NCBI GenBank assembly: GCA_016215325.1
Contig: JACRJV010000026.1
Coordinates: forward strand, 95,955 to 159,954
Source of the DNA: Candidatus Uhrbacteria bacterium
GTDB lineage: Bacteria; Patescibacteriota; Patescibacteriia; JACRJV01
Length of the DNA: 64,000 nucleotides
Reading direction: 5' to 3'
A program made the translations under genes and the position numbers. Below, piece by piece: positions 1 to 11,540 of the stretch. The notes under the pieces are model-generated. The model saw only the letters and a list, made by a program, of their open reading frames with translations, did not search any database and was not told where the DNA came from. How positions within the stretch are numbered: position 1 is the first letter of the stretch; every line of letters starts with the position of its first letter.

Positions 1-10
1 TCATATCAAG

Positions 11-424
11 TTACGGGCGTGTCACGGTCACGCTTAATCCTTCGCTCGCCTGTTTATACGATCCCCGCGCGCTGATCGTCATCGAAGCGGTTTTGGCAGG
101 ATTCGTCCTATCTGGTGTGTACTGGAACTGACGTTTGCACGTTGCTCCATTTTGGAAATTAGCAATATCTTGATCCGAAAACCCTGCAGCAGACAAATCA
201 GTAGATCCCCCGAGCACCACATACTGTCGCAAACTCTGCTCGAGGCATGACTCTGCCGCATAAAACGCGGGGATCGAATCCGTCAAGAATCGCGTCGTCT
301 TATTGGCATTGGTTGCAAGAATGCTTAACGCGAGCGATGAACTCATCAACAGCGAAAGCAGGATTACAGCGTACACAAGAATGCTGCCGCGTTTATGTGT
401 CCGAAAAGAAGAATAAATGGTCAT
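11..424 (-). CDS. PilX-like minor pilin / pseudopilin; N-terminal motif RGSILVYAVILLSLLM followed by a hydrophobic helix. Probable start is the internal Met at 424.
   Basis: The ORF 11..556 contains a PilX_N-like segment (HKRGSILVYAVILLSLLMSSSLALSILA) and lies directly downstream of two prepilin genes on the same strand. Confidence 0.4.
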   Translation of the reverse strand: MTIYSSFRTHKRGSILVYAVILLSLLMSSSLALSILATNANKTTRFLTDSIPAFYAAESCLEQSLRQYVVLGGSTDLSAAGFSDQDIANFQNGATCKRQFQYTPDRTNPAKTASMTISARGSYKQASEGLSVTVTRP

Positions 425-428
425 ACCA

Positions 429-1115
429 TCACGGAGGCATTGGGGTGCAAACAAGGTCAATGTTATTTGCATCAACGATCTTATGATAGACACGCGATGA
501 CGTGGATGTCTGAATATATTCCATCCTGGCCCCACCCTGCTTTGGGACCAACACACCCAACGTCAATGTCACAAACGGCTGGCGGATATTCGCACCATCG
601 TTCATGCATGTCTTGTTATATGGGTTGCAGAGCGGCCGCACGTTGACAGCAAACGATTGAATATCCAAATCTTCGGCCGTGACGCGCGCCGATGGTACCG
701 GGTTCGGAGTGGATGAATCCCGCACACTCGCAATGCTGCCATAAAATGTTTTAACGATACAGCCATTATTCACACCAATAGAGCACGGCCGTTGGAATAC
801 GTAGCGCACGCGCTCTTTATCTTCGTCAATGAGGTACAATACGCCATTCGGCTGTGCGTTCAATCCACAATTACTTGCTGTAAATGTTGGGGATGAACCA
901 TTGGCATAGCCAGCATAATAGACGGTTCCGACGCGCAACGCCGTTGCCATCGCTTCAAGCGCATACCGGGCTTCAGAGATCACTTTATTCTCCCCCTGCG
1001 TACGGCGCTGCAACAATGAGACTTGTTGGTGGATCGCAACAATGAGGATGGACAAAAGAGAGAACACCCCCATCACCGTCAGGAGCTCCAACAATGTGAA
1101 ACCACGAGGATTCAC
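429..1115 (-). CDS. Type IV prepilin-like protein. The likely GTG start gives the leader MNPRG|FTLLELLTVMGVFSLL; the alternative ATG at 1178 would translate the upstream heptamer repeat.
   Basis: Classic prepilin N-terminus G-F-T-L-L-E-L-L followed by a hydrophobic helix. The long ORF 429..1481 overlaps the next pilin gene and is an upstream run-on. Confidence 0.6.
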   Translation of the reverse strand: MNPRGFTLLELLTVMGVFSLLSILIVAIHQQVSLLQRRTQGENKVISEARYALEAMATALRVGTVYYAGYANGSSPTFTASNCGLNAQPNGVLYLIDEDKERVRYVFQRPCSIGVNNGCIVKTFYGSIASVRDSSTPNPVPSARVTAEDLDIQSFAVNVRPLCNPYNKTCMNDGANIRQPFVTLTLGVLVPKQGGARMEYIQTSTSSRVYHKIVDANNIDLVCTPMPP

Positions 1116-1179
1116 AATAAAAATCCAATTTTCAGATATATGGAAAATTGAAAATGGAAAATTGAAAATTCGTCTCATA

Positions 1180-1812
1180 TCACCAATTGTACAACCGATC
1201 TTCGACTTCGATCTTGCGCGCCCGACCCCCCTCTTGCCACGTGACGCGCGCGATGACCTGCACTCCAATCGTCCCGCCTTGCCCAGAATCAATATCGTTA
1301 AACACGCAACTGGACGACGTATCGCTGCCCAAATCATCGACTTGCGTCGACCCAGAGGAGCAAATCGGATAGAGCTGGACCGCTCGATGATATTTTGTCG
1401 CCCCGCTCGAAGGACCTGGTTGGACAAATTGATTGGACTGGAAGGCGATAGTCGTATTATCCGGGGATGATGTTTTGGCAATCAGAATCGGGTTATCGGT
1501 GCCAATAGCAGCAGTGTTGATCGCATAGTCCCCTTCGATGTTGATCCCGGCATTCCACCGGACCGATTCGCCCGTGGCATCCCGCTTATATTTGTTCGAG
1601 TCGCGGATATTGCGGACAATCTCGATCCCCTCCCGGGCAAAGTTCGCGGCTTGCACTTCATTCAAACTTGTTTTCGTCTGCACCGCATTGCCAAAACTTA
1701 ACCCGATAATTGCAAACAGCCCAGTCGTAATTACAAACAAGGCGATCAACATCTCTAAGACTGTGTTTCCGCGTTCTCGATGGAACCTATTTTTATTTGG
1801 GTTCAACTGCAT
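1180..1812 (-). CDS. Type IV pilin / pseudopilin (leader MQLNPNKNRFHRERG|NTVLEMLIALFVITTGLFAII)
   Basis: Prepilin-type N-terminal methylation motif G-x-T-V-L-E plus a hydrophobic helix; it sits in tandem with the neighbouring pilin gene. Confidence 0.6.
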   Translation of the reverse strand: MQLNPNKNRFHRERGNTVLEMLIALFVITTGLFAIIGLSFGNAVQTKTSLNEVQAANFAREGIEIVRNIRDSNKYKRDATGESVRWNAGINIEGDYAINTAAIGTDNPILIAKTSSPDNTTIAFQSNQFVQPGPSSGATKYHRAVQLYPICSSGSTQVDDLGSDTSSSCVFNDIDSGQGGTIGVQVIARVTWQEGGRARKIEVEDRLYNW

Positions 1813-1830
1813 AATCGCCGAAAACCAACA

Positions 1831-1969
1831 TTCAATTTCTAATTCCCAATTTCTAATTTCTAATGTCCGCCAGAGGCTGATCAGCCCTTGGCTGAAAATG
1901 TACGCTATCGTAATTTGTTATTTTGACATTGAAATTTTCATTGGAAATTAGGAATTGGGTATTGGAAAT
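1831..1969. repeat. Large imperfect palindrome: left arm (TTCTAAT/TCCCAAT)n at 1831-1864, right arm (ATTGGAA/ATTAGGA)n at 1931-1969, with the perfect 12-bp palindrome GGCTGATCAGCC (1875-1886) in the middle.
   Basis: Read directly from the sequence. This locus belongs to the dispersed heptamer-palindrome family described in the findings. Confidence 0.7.
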
Positions 1970-2544
1970 CCGCCGCTGATGCGCCTTAATACTTCCGCTT
2001 CCAACCGGCAATCTTCCAGTGCATCATGGAATCCCCGCGGCGGCAAGCCAAAATGTTGGAACACGGTTTCAGAATCTGGAATGTTATTCCAACCCTTTTG
2101 CATCAGGTGCGCCCACGTGAGGGTAAAGAGGTCCAGCGCATGGTGGTTATATTCGCGACCCCATTGATAGCCAATGGATTTGAGCAGTTGACTCAAAAAC
2201 GCAACATCAAAGGCTACCACCCACGCCGCCACGATCACATCGGTGCCAAAGGTCGCTACAAACTTCTCGGTCACGTCTTCCATCCGCGGCGCTTGCGCAA
2301 TCGCATTGTAGTCAATCTGGATTTTTTTCAGTGCCCATTGCTCGATAGGGAAATGTTCGTCTTGGTGGATATGGGAAACAAATGATTTTTTCTCTACAAG
2401 TGTCTCACGGTCCAACAGCACCGCGCCGATTTGCAACGGCACATGGACATACGGGTCTGATCCGCTTGTTTCGATATCGATGATGAGGAGGTCTTTGGGG
2501 AACATAGAATTCGAACCTAGTATACTATAAAACCGCTCTTCCAC
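1948..2544 (-). CDS. DEDDh 3'-5' exonuclease (DnaQ / Pol III epsilon-like)
   Basis: Exo I motif IIDIETSG and Exo III motif H-DALEDC, in a stand-alone protein of about 198 aa. Confidence 0.6.
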   Translation of the reverse strand: MEERFYSILGSNSMFPKDLLIIDIETSGSDPYVHVPLQIGAVLLDRETLVEKKSFVSHIHQDEHFPIEQWALKKIQIDYNAIAQAPRMEDVTEKFVATFGTDVIVAAWVVAFDVAFLSQLLKSIGYQWGREYNHHALDLFTLTWAHLMQKGWNNIPDSETVFQHFGLPPRGFHDALEDCRLEAEVLRRISGGFPIPNS

Positions 2545-2577
2545 GCTAGCTTGGAAGAGCGGTTCCTTGTTGACGTA

Positions 2578-3513
2578 TTACCCTTGATTTCCAACCGATT
2601 GATGACGTCGGCGCCACCAGAATACTACAATCAATACTGGGATCCATACCACCGCAAACACTACGATCCAGATGATCGCATTGGCTGCATTCTGGCCGAC
2701 ATCTTTTAGTGATCTTAATGCGGCCTTCATAACGGCCAGGGGTTCCCATCGTTTCTGGGGATCGACGATCGGCAGTTGCGACTCTTCAGTCGACATATAG
2801 ACCGTAAGGGTCGCGAGATGAGCCGATTGGCTCAAATACTTTTGGCGCCCCAACACGCGCTCAATTTCTCCGCGTACCCGCTCGAGTTCACGCTGGACTT
2901 CAAGCACCTCACTAATCTTACCCGAGCGTTTCATGATTTCTAAAAATTGTTGTTCACTCGCGCGCAAATTCCGCAGTTGGCTCTCCAAATCCACATACTC
3001 CTCGGTCACATCCTGTCCGCTGCTGGTTTCGCTGGCGATTTTGACGGCTTTGCCCTTTACCCACTCATACGTCTGCCCGTACTTCTCCACCGGGATGCGC
3101 ACGGTCATGGAAGCTGTTGGATTGGCGCTCGCGCTGTTCAAAGAGCCACTCACCAAAAATCCGCTCTGGCCTTCCACATAGACCCGAACTTCATCCATCA
3201 CTAATGGAACATCCTTGACGACAAGGCTCATGGAGCCAGTGCGGATAATCAACCGATCCTTGGGCGCATTCGCATCCCCTCCGGCGCTCTGATCGGCTTG
3301 CGGCGCATACTCGGCCAACGGCGCCATCGACGGAGCGGCCAATTTGTTAAATGCCATGGAACGAGAGGAAACCATCCCCAACTCGTTCTGACCGAACATG
3401 TCCGGCGCTCCCGGAGTGACATACGGCCGCACACCTCCATTACGACTATTCACTAACACTGCCAGCGCGGCGACCACGATGACAACCCCTGCGATGTGAA
3501 AAAATTTTCGCAT
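2578..3513 (-). CDS. Membrane protein with a DUF4349-like architecture: N-terminal TM, central coiled coil, C-terminal TM
   Basis: N-terminal FFHIAGVVIVVAALAVLV; coiled-coil region LESQLRNLRASEQQFLEI...VQRELERVRGEIERV; C-terminal helix IIWIVVFAVVWIPVLIVVFWWRRR. Confidence 0.35.
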   Translation of the reverse strand: MRKFFHIAGVVIVVAALAVLVNSRNGGVRPYVTPGAPDMFGQNELGMVSSRSMAFNKLAAPSMAPLAEYAPQADQSAGGDANAPKDRLIIRTGSMSLVVKDVPLVMDEVRVYVEGQSGFLVSGSLNSASANPTASMTVRIPVEKYGQTYEWVKGKAVKIASETSSGQDVTEEYVDLESQLRNLRASEQQFLEIMKRSGKISEVLEVQRELERVRGEIERVLGRQKYLSQSAHLATLTVYMSTEESQLPIVDPQKRWEPLAVMKAALRSLKDVGQNAANAIIWIVVFAVVWIPVLIVVFWWRRRHQSVGNQG

Positions 3514-3624
3514 ACTTCAAATAATTAGAGGTGTAAGTACTGACAGTATAGCACAGAATTCCCAAAGCCCTCTGCGGTTGCTCAACTCACAACGGCGGAT
3601 GCTCCTCCGCCGTTCAATCAGATT

Positions 3625-4722
3625 CTAGAGTTCTTTTTGTAATTCCTCCAACAAGCGTTTTGCGTTGCGCGAAAGCCGCTTGGGCGTTTCAACCGTCACC
3701 TGCACGTATAAATCTCCGCGGCCGCGATTAGTTTGGATGCCTTTGCCTTTTACGCGCAGCCGCTGGCCAGACCCAATCCCGGCCGGGACTTCAACGTCCA
3801 ATTTTTCTTCGATCGCATCGATGGTCTTTGTTGTCCCCAGCGCTGCTTCCGCAACATTGACGGTGAGAGAGGTCACCAAATCAGCGGTTTCGGGGATCCG
3901 TTTAATGATGTGGTGTGGCCGCACCCGTACATGAATAAACAGGTCCCCCGTGGTTCCGTTTTGCACTGCCTCGCCTTTTCCTTTGAGCCGCAACGTCATG
4001 CCATCGTCAATGCCGGGCGGAACTTCCACGCGCAAATCTTCCTTTTTTGACTCCGTCCCCCGCCCACGGCAATGATCGCACTTTGTTTCAATAATTTTCC
4101 CGGTCCCACGGCACGTGGGGCAGACCCCAACCGATTGGAACACCCCAAACATCGTCTGCCGCGTGGTCGCCCGTTGTCCGTTGCCGCCGCAATCGCCGCA
4201 CGTCTTGAGCGCCGTGCCGCCTTTCGCTCCAGTCCCCTTGCACTGGTCGCAGGCAACATCGCGCTGGATATTGAGTTCAACCGTTCCGCCCATGACCATG
4301 GTGGTAAAATCCACGGTCACCGTTGTTTCGAGATCCCGCCCCCGAGCGGCGGCTGCCGCGCGACCACGCCGCCCGCCCCCCATACCAAACATATCGCCGA
4401 GATTGCCAAAAATATCGCCGATATCCTGGGCGTTAAATCCGCCCGCTTGCGCATAATTGCTCCAATCGCGGAATCCTTCAAATCCCCCGAATCCCCCTTG
4501 CGATTGGGCTTGTTCAAACGTCTGGCCGTACTGATCATACTGCGCCCGCTTGTCTTTGTCCGAAAGTACTTGGTACGCCTCATTAATCTCTTTAAACTTG
4601 GTGGCATCCCCCGTGGATTTATCTGTATGGTATTGATGCGCTAAACGCCGGAAGGCAGATTTGATCTCCTCCGGCGTTGCATGTTTTTCTACGCCTAATA
4701 CTTTATAGTAGTCTTTGGCCAC
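3625..4722 (-). CDS. dnaJ: Molecular chaperone DnaJ
   Basis: J-domain start MAKDYYKVLGV with HPD-type motif; G/F-rich linker; four CxxCxGxG zinc-finger repeats. Confidence 0.92.
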   Translation of the reverse strand: MAKDYYKVLGVEKHATPEEIKSAFRRLAHQYHTDKSTGDATKFKEINEAYQVLSDKDKRAQYDQYGQTFEQAQSQGGFGGFEGFRDWSNYAQAGGFNAQDIGDIFGNLGDMFGMGGGRRGRAAAAARGRDLETTVTVDFTTMVMGGTVELNIQRDVACDQCKGTGAKGGTALKTCGDCGGNGQRATTRQTMFGVFQSVGVCPTCRGTGKIIETKCDHCRGRGTESKKEDLRVEVPPGIDDGMTLRLKGKGEAVQNGTTGDLFIHVRVRPHHIIKRIPETADLVTSLTVNVAEAALGTTKTIDAIEEKLDVEVPAGIGSGQRLRVKGKGIQTNRGRGDLYVQVTVETPKRLSRNAKRLLEELQKEL

Positions 4723-4785
4723 AACACGAAGGTTCTAGGTTTTAACTAGAAAAAAATGCAATAACGTTTTACTAGAACCTCGCAA

Positions 4786-6774
<1,989 letters not shown>

Positions 6775-7275
6775 CTATTCTTGCTTATCCCTATCTTGTT
6801 CGGATTGATAAATAACGACTCTCGCTGGCCGCAGCACCCGCCCTTGTATCCGATACCCCTTGGCCACGACGCGCGCGATCTTCTGGTCCTGTTCCCTCTG
6901 CCCGGGCTCGTGCTCCACTGCTTCGTGCAATGACGGATCAAATACCTCACCAATCTGCCCATACGACTCCACCGCGTGGCGTTTGAGCAAATCTTCCAGC
7001 TCCCGACGGATGTGCGTAATTCCTTGGAGCCACCCCCCAGTCTCCGGTGGTACATGGGCGATCGCCTGATCAAAGTGGTCGACCACGGGCAATAAATCGT
7101 GCACCATCATGCTCACGGACCATGCGGCCAATTCTTTCTGCGCGGTTTCCGTTTCTCGTTTGAGATTCTGATAATCGGCCAGCGCCCGCTTCCAACCGGC
7201 TTCAAATTCTTTCATTTTGCGTTCGCATTCAGCATGGCTTGTATCATTAGCTTGTAGTGTATTCTCATCACTCAT
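6775..7275 (-). CDS. grpE: Nucleotide exchange factor GrpE
   Basis: It lies between hrcA and dnaK; coiled-coil N-terminus followed by a GrpE-like C-terminus (…HAVESYGQIGEVFDPSLHEAV…). Confidence 0.8.
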   Translation of the reverse strand: MSDENTLQANDTSHAECERKMKEFEAGWKRALADYQNLKRETETAQKELAAWSVSMMVHDLLPVVDHFDQAIAHVPPETGGWLQGITHIRRELEDLLKRHAVESYGQIGEVFDPSLHEAVEHEPGQREQDQKIARVVAKGYRIQGRVLRPARVVIYQSEQDRDKQE

Positions 7276-7976
7276 ATCATTTCTTGCGCTATCAATTCTT
7301 GCATGCGTTCAAACAGATTAATGTATTTCCCATACGCCATCCGCATCGGGCCCAATACCCCCACCATCGTCGGTGGATCGGTTGGCAGCGTCGTGCTAAT
7401 GGTACTCAAACGACTGCACAAGGGGTTTTCCCGGCCAATCATCACAGAAACTGTCCCGGATTCCCTGGCGTCCATCATCAGCGGCCACAATTCTTCCAAC
7501 CGATCAATGGCCTGGCTCCATGCATACACCAGTTCTGGATCGGCAAACTCCGGCTGGACAAACAACCGAGATGCACCCGTCCAATACACATGGTGCGGCT
7601 CTTGCGCAACAATCACCGCTTCATGAATATGTGCAGACATCGCATGGGCCAGCGTGCGTAACTGCTCAAATGGATCCGGGCGTTGGAACGCCTCTAATAC
7701 TTGCTGCTCCCATCCTGATCGCGTGGCCTTTTGGTGCTCGGTGGGCGAAGATTCACGCACATACCATTGGTAGGCTTGTTCGGTGGGAATTCGGCCAGCC
7801 GAGGTGTGCGGTTGCTCTAAAAATCCTTCTTGCTCCAGGTCGCGCATCTCATTGCGGATCGTGGCAGAACTCACTGGAAAATGATACTCTCGAACAACCA
7901 GCTGCGAACCAATCGGTTCTGCGCGGTCGATATACGCTTCGATAATAGTCTTCAAGAGATCAAATTTTCTGTCCAT
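7272..7976 (-). CDS. hrcA: Heat-inducible transcription repressor HrcA (short form)
   Basis: N-terminal wHTH (EPIGSQLVVREYHFPVSSATIRNEMRDLEQEGFL); gene is first in hrcA-grpE-dnaK-dnaJ and a CIRCE operator lies upstream. Confidence 0.8.
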   Translation of the reverse strand: MDRKFDLLKTIIEAYIDRAEPIGSQLVVREYHFPVSSATIRNEMRDLEQEGFLEQPHTSAGRIPTEQAYQWYVRESSPTEHQKATRSGWEQQVLEAFQRPDPFEQLRTLAHAMSAHIHEAVIVAQEPHHVYWTGASRLFVQPEFADPELVYAWSQAIDRLEELWPLMMDARESGTVSVMIGRENPLCSRLSTISTTLPTDPPTMVGVLGPMRMAYGKYINLFERMQELIAQEMI

Positions 7977-7985
7977 ATTTACTAT

Positions 7986-8012
7986 TTAGCACTCCATTAT
8001 ATAGAGTGCTAA
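7986..8012. promoter_or_regulatory. CIRCE operator TTAGCACTC-N9-GAGTGCTAA (HrcA binding site)
   Basis: Exact consensus match: ttagcactc cattatata gagtgctaa, 10 bp upstream of the hrcA start. Confidence 0.9.
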
Positions 8013-8054
8013 AATCATTATATCCACTTTTTAAACGGTGTCAAGGGAGGAGGG

Positions 8055-9896
8055 TCACTGCAGCAACTCTCCGACCACCGCATCGCCTTCAGACAACCCC
8101 GACTGAACTTCAACCCACCCATCATCCCCTCGCATGCCAATGGTCACCGTACGCGATTGGAGCTTACCATCCCCCATCAATACCGTCACAGCGGCGGGTG
8201 TTGTTTTGGGGGCAAGCCAACCCGGTATCGCAACCACGGGATTGCCCGTGCTCAATACGATTGTTGCTGTTACTGATGCAGATCCCCCCTCTGCCACAGA
8301 CCGCAATGGAGAAAGTTGAATAACACCCGCATCCGTCCGCCCGTGGACAATCGCAGTTTCAACGCTGGTTGCACTTCCGGTACCCGTAAGTTCCACAACC
8401 ATTCCCGGTGCAATAGTCGCAGCGTCGTTGGGGTCAACCTGTGTTTCCAACGTAGCGCCTATCGAACGGATACGAAGCAATGGCTCGCCCGCGTGCACGA
8501 CATCACCGATATGCACCAACGTTGCATCAATAACACCCGCAACCGGGGCATGGATCGTCAGTTCCTCCAGAGCCTCTTGTTGGAGGGCCACGTTCGTTTG
8601 CAACGCCGCAGATCCTTTTGCACTCGCAGGAGCCCGCTGACCACCCTTCGTCTTTGCGTCAAAGAGTGCCGAGAGTCGCTTCTGTTGCTCGATCAATGCC
8701 GAACGCTGTTGCCGGCTTGCGACAACCTGGGCCCAGGCAGAGGCAATCGCGCGGTCATAAGCGGTCAATTCTTTTGACCGTGCAATAAACGCGGCCTGCA
8801 GCGCCGCTCGGATTTGCTGCCCCGCCGCAAGCTCCTTTGCTAGGCTGTCCCCTCGTTCTTGCCAAACCCCAAGAAATCGCTGTTCATGCGCTTGGAGGGT
8901 ATCAAGGGTCGCCTCGATCGCAGATCGATTGCGCTCGATCAATCGCTCTGTGGCTTGATGCTCGGCCAGCGGGAACTTGTCCGACGGTTCAATCGTTCCC
9001 AGAAGGTCTTTGAGCCCACCGAGGATATCAATTGCCGTTTCACTAATAGCCTTAGAAGTCAACAACAGTTGTTGTTCCGCTTGCGCGTCATCGCTTGCCG
9101 GTTGCTTCAAACGATCCGAAACGATTCTTTGGAGGCGCTGGGCCTCCAGCAATTTTTCCCACAACGGTACCGCCAATTGCGGTTGGGGCAACGCCTTCAG
9201 GAAACTGCTCGTGGTCCCATCCACACCGAACAACGAACGGATATCGCTCAAGGTCAGGTCTTCAGACAGTGCCCCCCCTTCCACCGAGATCCGCATGAGC
9301 GATATGGCATCCTGCACTTCTTTGGACTGGGACTGTTGTTCTCCTTGGGTCGCTGGTTGCGGCAAATCCGCCAAGTCTTTCTCAAACCCCGCAATCGCAT
9401 CCTGTATTTTTTTTAGCACCTGCTCATGCTCGGCAACAACGGTGCGGGCACGCTGCAACGCCTGGTCCGCTTGCTTGTTGGCAGTATTCAGTTTGCCCTC
9501 AAGACTTTGAAGTTGGTCACTCGCTTCTCGCGCGCTCATCGTGGAATCGGCGACCGGCATCGATTGAAGATATTGCTCTACGGCGCTCAACACCAGATTC
9601 TCTTGAGCCGACCGCTCAAATTCAACCAACACATCCCCCCGGGCTACGGTCTGCCCCTCCAAGGCGGGAACAATACTCACAATCCCGTCGCGCGCCGCCT
9701 TCACCTCAACAAGCGTGTCGGTGCCGGTCCGATGCGCCGTTGTTTGGATCCGTCGTGTAATAGGGCGCAGTTGCGCCTTCACTGTGGGCACCGGAGTTTT
9801 GGCAAACCCGCGATACACGGTCCAGGCACCCACCACAACGGCCCAAAGGCCGAGCAGCATGATAAGCGTGCGCGCTTGCGGAGAACGAGAAAGCAT
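8055..9896 (-). CDS. HlyD-family membrane-fusion / periplasmic adaptor protein with an unusually long coiled coil
   Basis: N-terminal TM; biotinyl/lipoyl-like beta start (EVKAARDGIVSIVPALEGQTVARGDVLVEFE); about 350 aa of coiled coil; C-terminal beta-barrel segment (HAPVAGVIDATLVHIGDVV…VTIGMRGDDGWVEVQSGLSEGDAVV). Confidence 0.55.
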   Translation of the reverse strand: MLSRSPQARTLIMLLGLWAVVVGAWTVYRGFAKTPVPTVKAQLRPITRRIQTTAHRTGTDTLVEVKAARDGIVSIVPALEGQTVARGDVLVEFERSAQENLVLSAVEQYLQSMPVADSTMSAREASDQLQSLEGKLNTANKQADQALQRARTVVAEHEQVLKKIQDAIAGFEKDLADLPQPATQGEQQSQSKEVQDAISLMRISVEGGALSEDLTLSDIRSLFGVDGTTSSFLKALPQPQLAVPLWEKLLEAQRLQRIVSDRLKQPASDDAQAEQQLLLTSKAISETAIDILGGLKDLLGTIEPSDKFPLAEHQATERLIERNRSAIEATLDTLQAHEQRFLGVWQERGDSLAKELAAGQQIRAALQAAFIARSKELTAYDRAIASAWAQVVASRQQRSALIEQQKRLSALFDAKTKGGQRAPASAKGSAALQTNVALQQEALEELTIHAPVAGVIDATLVHIGDVVHAGEPLLRIRSIGATLETQVDPNDAATIAPGMVVELTGTGSATSVETAIVHGRTDAGVIQLSPLRSVAEGGSASVTATIVLSTGNPVVAIPGWLAPKTTPAAVTVLMGDGKLQSRTVTIGMRGDDGWVEVQSGLSEGDAVVGELLQ

Positions 9897-10223
9897 AGAT
9901 ACTCTCTAGTATATCCTAACATTGGGCAATTCAGCAATTGGGTATTATGTGGATCGTAGCTCTCGTCATACGTAAGGAGTATACCAACGAGCTTCTACAT
10001 CCCAATTTCGCCATTCTGGTCACCGCAGCGGGCGGAGTCCCGCCCTCGGCGTTGCCTTGGGCAGAATCTGACGAAATTGACTTGAGTACAATGCCCGACC
10101 TGGACAAGATTCCAGGTTTGTGCTATACTTACTTCTCAAAAAGAAACTGCCGTGCTGACAAACGTCGAGGTTCGCCCACAGTTATCGATTTGAATTTTAT
10201 TCGCCCATTTCTTGACTATTGCT

Positions 10224-10427
10224 ATGCAACAAGGAACAATCGCCCGTCTCACAGACCGTGGCTTTGGATTTATCGCCCGCGAAGGTGAGGAAAAAGAACT
10301 CTTTTTCCACGCTAGCGCCCTGGTCGGTGTCCAATTCACCGATCTCAAAGAGGGGGACAAAGTGACCTTCGAAGTCGGACAAGGCCCAAAAGGCCCGAAC
10401 GCCACGAATGTCCAACGCGTGAGCTAA
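10224..10427 (+). CDS. cspA: Cold-shock protein (CspA family)
   Basis: MQQGTIARLTDRGFGFIAREGEEKELFFHASAL… carries the RNP1/RNP2 motifs; 67 aa. Confidence 0.9.
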   Translation: MQQGTIARLTDRGFGFIAREGEEKELFFHASALVGVQFTDLKEGDKVTFEVGQGPKGPNATNVQRVS

Positions 10428-10439
10428 CTCCTTCCGCAA

Positions 10440-10470
10440 AAAACACTCCGGTTCACCGGAGTGTTTTTAT
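10440..10470 (+). terminator. Rho-independent terminator of cspA
   Basis: Stem aacactccgg / ccggagtgtt with a ttca loop, followed by TTTTAT. Confidence 0.8.
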
Positions 10471-10526
10471 GTACCAAAATTCTTCGGAATGGGAGAGTGC
10501 TGGGGGTCATAACCCGTTTTTATGTT

Positions 10527-11003
10527 TTACAAATCACTCACGTTGTCTGGCAGATGATCGATTCCGCCAAATTCTTTAACAATGATGGATTTGATTTTTT
10601 GTTTCATTTCCGGTTTTACGAAAGTAATGGTCATTCCTTTTTCGCCGCCGATACTTTCGCAATCGTCTTCGATTAAAATTTCGGGTATGACACGCTCTGC
10701 TACATCTTTGTATTCTTCGGCATCTTTTCTAAATTCCAAAGTACCTGTGGGGAAATTTTGTAGGACACCACGAATATCATTGATCTCTTTATCAGTTCGG
10801 CGAGAAGTTAAATAAACGATTTCCTCACCTTGCTCTTTCCATTTTTTGATTTTCTCAATAGCATCTCCAATCGGTACATATTCAGCGTAACTTTTTACGG
10901 AGGACTCTTGCTCTATAACTTGCTTAACAATTGTAGAGCGGTCATGTCCGACTCCATTTTTTGGCATTAAGATTGTACCTTCGGTAAAGATGAGGATTTT
11001 CAT
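10527..11003 (-). CDS. Hypothetical protein in an AT-rich insertion
   Basis: 158-aa ORF with clean coding appearance. Its 4-nt overlap with the downstream gene suggests an operon. No motif recognised. Confidence 0.4.
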   Translation of the reverse strand: MKILIFTEGTILMPKNGVGHDRSTIVKQVIEQESSVKSYAEYVPIGDAIEKIKKWKEQGEEIVYLTSRRTDKEINDIRGVLQNFPTGTLEFRKDAEEYKDVAERVIPEILIEDDCESIGGEKGMTITFVKPEMKQKIKSIIVKEFGGIDHLPDNVSDL

Positions 11004-11398
11004 ATATTTGCCTTCATAACTAATTCTTTGTGTCCGCTTTCCGAGTCAAACTCTCTTGAGAATTCCAAATCCTCAATCTCCCCAATAGCAACCTCTGCCG
11101 TAACTCCAACCACTGAACCGTCCTTTAAGTGTCCACCAAAAGTTTTACCCTCTTCATCAGAAAGACAAACATGGATATGACTATTTCCCGCTTCTACCGT
11201 TCCAACTACGGAAACAATTTCAAAACTCCCATCCCATGTCTTAATAATTTTTGCGTTAGCCATGCGCAAAACAGCTTTTGTTAAATTGCCCACGCAAGTA
11301 AGAATGATGCCAGCGCGAATATTATTTTGTACAACATATTTATCAATTTCTTCTTTGAAGTTTTGTCCTGGATGCAAACGAAAGATGTGAGTTTTCAT
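11000..11398 (-). CDS. PPC (DUF296) domain DNA-binding protein
   Basis: Matches the PPC/DUF296 pattern: …NIRAGIILTCVGNLTKAVLR…FEIVSVVGTV…HIHVCLSDEEGKTFGGHL. Confidence 0.5.
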   Translation of the reverse strand: MKTHIFRLHPGQNFKEEIDKYVVQNNIRAGIILTCVGNLTKAVLRMANAKIIKTWDGSFEIVSVVGTVEAGNSHIHVCLSDEEGKTFGGHLKDGSVVGVTAEVAIGEIEDLEFSREFDSESGHKELVMKANI

Positions 11399-11540
11399 AG
11401 TTTATTCTCTGAATAAGTCCATCTCCTTATTCCACTTCTCAACTCGCAATATAGCATTTTTGTACACTGTCGATTTTGGCTGGTCAATCAATTCTGCTAA
11501 ATCGCAAAGTTCGTTGATTCGCCCGTAGATTACCATTCGC

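Noticed and set aside
429-1481. Full 350-aa extent of the pilin ORF
   Set aside because: The upstream 120 codons overlap the neighbouring pilin gene and translate a repeat element. The prepilin motif only makes sense with the short leader.
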